A stretch of 64,000 bases of DNA from Balanoglossus misakiensis (lineage: Eukaryota > Animalia > Hemichordata). The notes under the pieces were generated by a model. The model was given only the letters and a program-made list of their open reading frames with translations, did no database searches and was not told the origin of the DNA. Both the position numbers and the translations under genes were made by a program. Each line of letters opens with the position of its first letter. Position 1 is the first letter of the stretch. The stretch is taken from NCBI GenBank assembly GCA_040954595.2, contig CM082597.2, forward strand, positions 2,650,165-2,714,164, in the 5' to 3' direction. Shown in pieces: positions 62,801 through 64,000 of this stretch.

Positions 62801-64000
62801 GATTTGAACATTTTTCATGGGTTAACCATCATGGTTTTTGTCGAAAAACCGCGAATTTTCGAGTTGCCGAATTTCGAGATTTTCGGCCGATTTGAACATT
62901 TTTCATGGGTTAACCATCATGGTTTTTGTCGAAAAACCGCGAATTTTCGAGTTGCCGAATTTCGAGATTTTCGGCCGATTTGAACATTTTTCATGGGTTA
63001 ACCATCATGGTTTTTGTCGAAAAACCGCGAATTTTCGAGTTGCCGAATTTCGAGATTTTCGGCCGATTTGAACATTTTTCATGGGTTAACCATCATGGTT
63101 TTTGTCGAAAAACCGCGAATTTTCGAGTTGCCGAATTTCGAGATTTTCGGCCGATTTGAACATTTTTCATGGGTTAACCATCATGGTTTTTGTCGAAAAA
63201 CCGCGAATTTTCGAGTTGCCGAATTTCGAGATTTTCGGCCGATTTGAACATTTTTCATGGGTTAACCATCATGGTTTTTGTCGAAAAACCGCGAATTTTC
63301 GAGTTGCCGAATTTCGAGATTTTCGGCCGATTTGAACATTTTTCATGGGTTAACCATCATGGTTTTTGTCGAAAAACCGCGAATTTTCGAGTTGCCGAAT
63401 TTCGAGATTTTCGGCCGATTTGAACATTTTTCATGGGTTAACCATCATGGTTTTTGTCGAAAAACCGCGAATTTTCGAGTTGCCGAATTTCGAGATTTTC
63501 GGCCGATTTGAACATTTTTCATGGGTTAACCATCATGGTTTTTGTCGAAAAACCGCGAATTTTCGAGTTGCCGAATTTCGAGATTTTCGGCCGATTTGAA
63601 CATTTTTCATGGGTTAACCATCATGGTTTTTGTCGAAAAACCGCGAATTTTCGAGTTGCCGAATTTCGAGATTTTCGGCCGATTTGAACATTTTTCATGG
63701 GTTAACCATCATGGTTTTTGTCGAAAAACCGCGAATTTTCGAGTTGCCGAATTTCGAGATTTTCGGCCGATTTGAACATTTTTCATGGGTTAACCATCAT
63801 GGTTTTTGTCGAAAAACCGCGAATTTTCGAGTTGCCGAATTTCGAGATTTTCGGCCGATTTGAACATTTTTCATGGGTTAACCATCATGGTTTTTGTCGA
63901 AAAACCGCGAATTACTCTCGAGTTGCCGAATTTCGAGATTTTCGGCCGATTTGAACATTTTTCATGGGTTAACCATCATGGTTTTTGTCGAAAAACCGCG
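59882..64000. repeat. 88-bp tandem satellite array, about 46 near-identical copies plus a diverged edge copy; continues past the window end
   Basis: Unit GATTTGAACATTTTTCATGGGTTAACCATCATGGTTTTTGTCGAAAAACCGCGAATTTTCGAGTTGCCGAATTTCGAGATTTTCGGCC. The ORF track repeats with period 88. Only a +1 A (~61790) and a +3 change (~63914) were seen. Confidence 0.99.

Noticed and set aside
59882-64000. CRISPR array or repeated 77-aa genes (MSKNREFSS...)
   Set aside because: The units are identical head-to-tail with no unique spacers and no cas genes. The ORFs start at TTG and are artefacts of the 88-bp period.

Overview
Eukaryotic animal genomic DNA with GT-AG introns, microsatellites and a satellite array. 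Gene content suggests an invertebrate deuterostome such as a hemichordate (inference only). Five protein-coding genes are supported. (1) A JHY/C11orf63-like ciliary gene (minus strand) with a giant exon and an extra symmetric exon. (2) An Ikaros/Hunchback-type C2H2 gene (minus) with five N-terminal fingers, an ALDLS motif created by splicing, and two tandem C-terminal dimerization-finger pairs. (3) A 7-finger C2H2 gene (minus). (4) An uninterrupted RING-Bbox-Bbox-CC-NHL TRIM ORF (minus). (5) An NHLH/NSCL/HEN bHLH gene (plus) with a probable non-coding first exon about 8.5 kb upstream. The window ends in a very homogeneous, CpG-rich, palindrome-rich 88-bp tandem array (about 46 copies, running off the window). 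The most unusual observations are the doubled dimerization-finger module and a family of 18-30 bp hairpin micro-insertions (CATAG...CTATG-like ends, 7-bp target duplications), one of which interrupts a tRNA-like relic. No prokaryotic-type system, CRISPR array, rRNA, intact tRNA or transposase ORF was found. All analysis was by eye, with no database searches.
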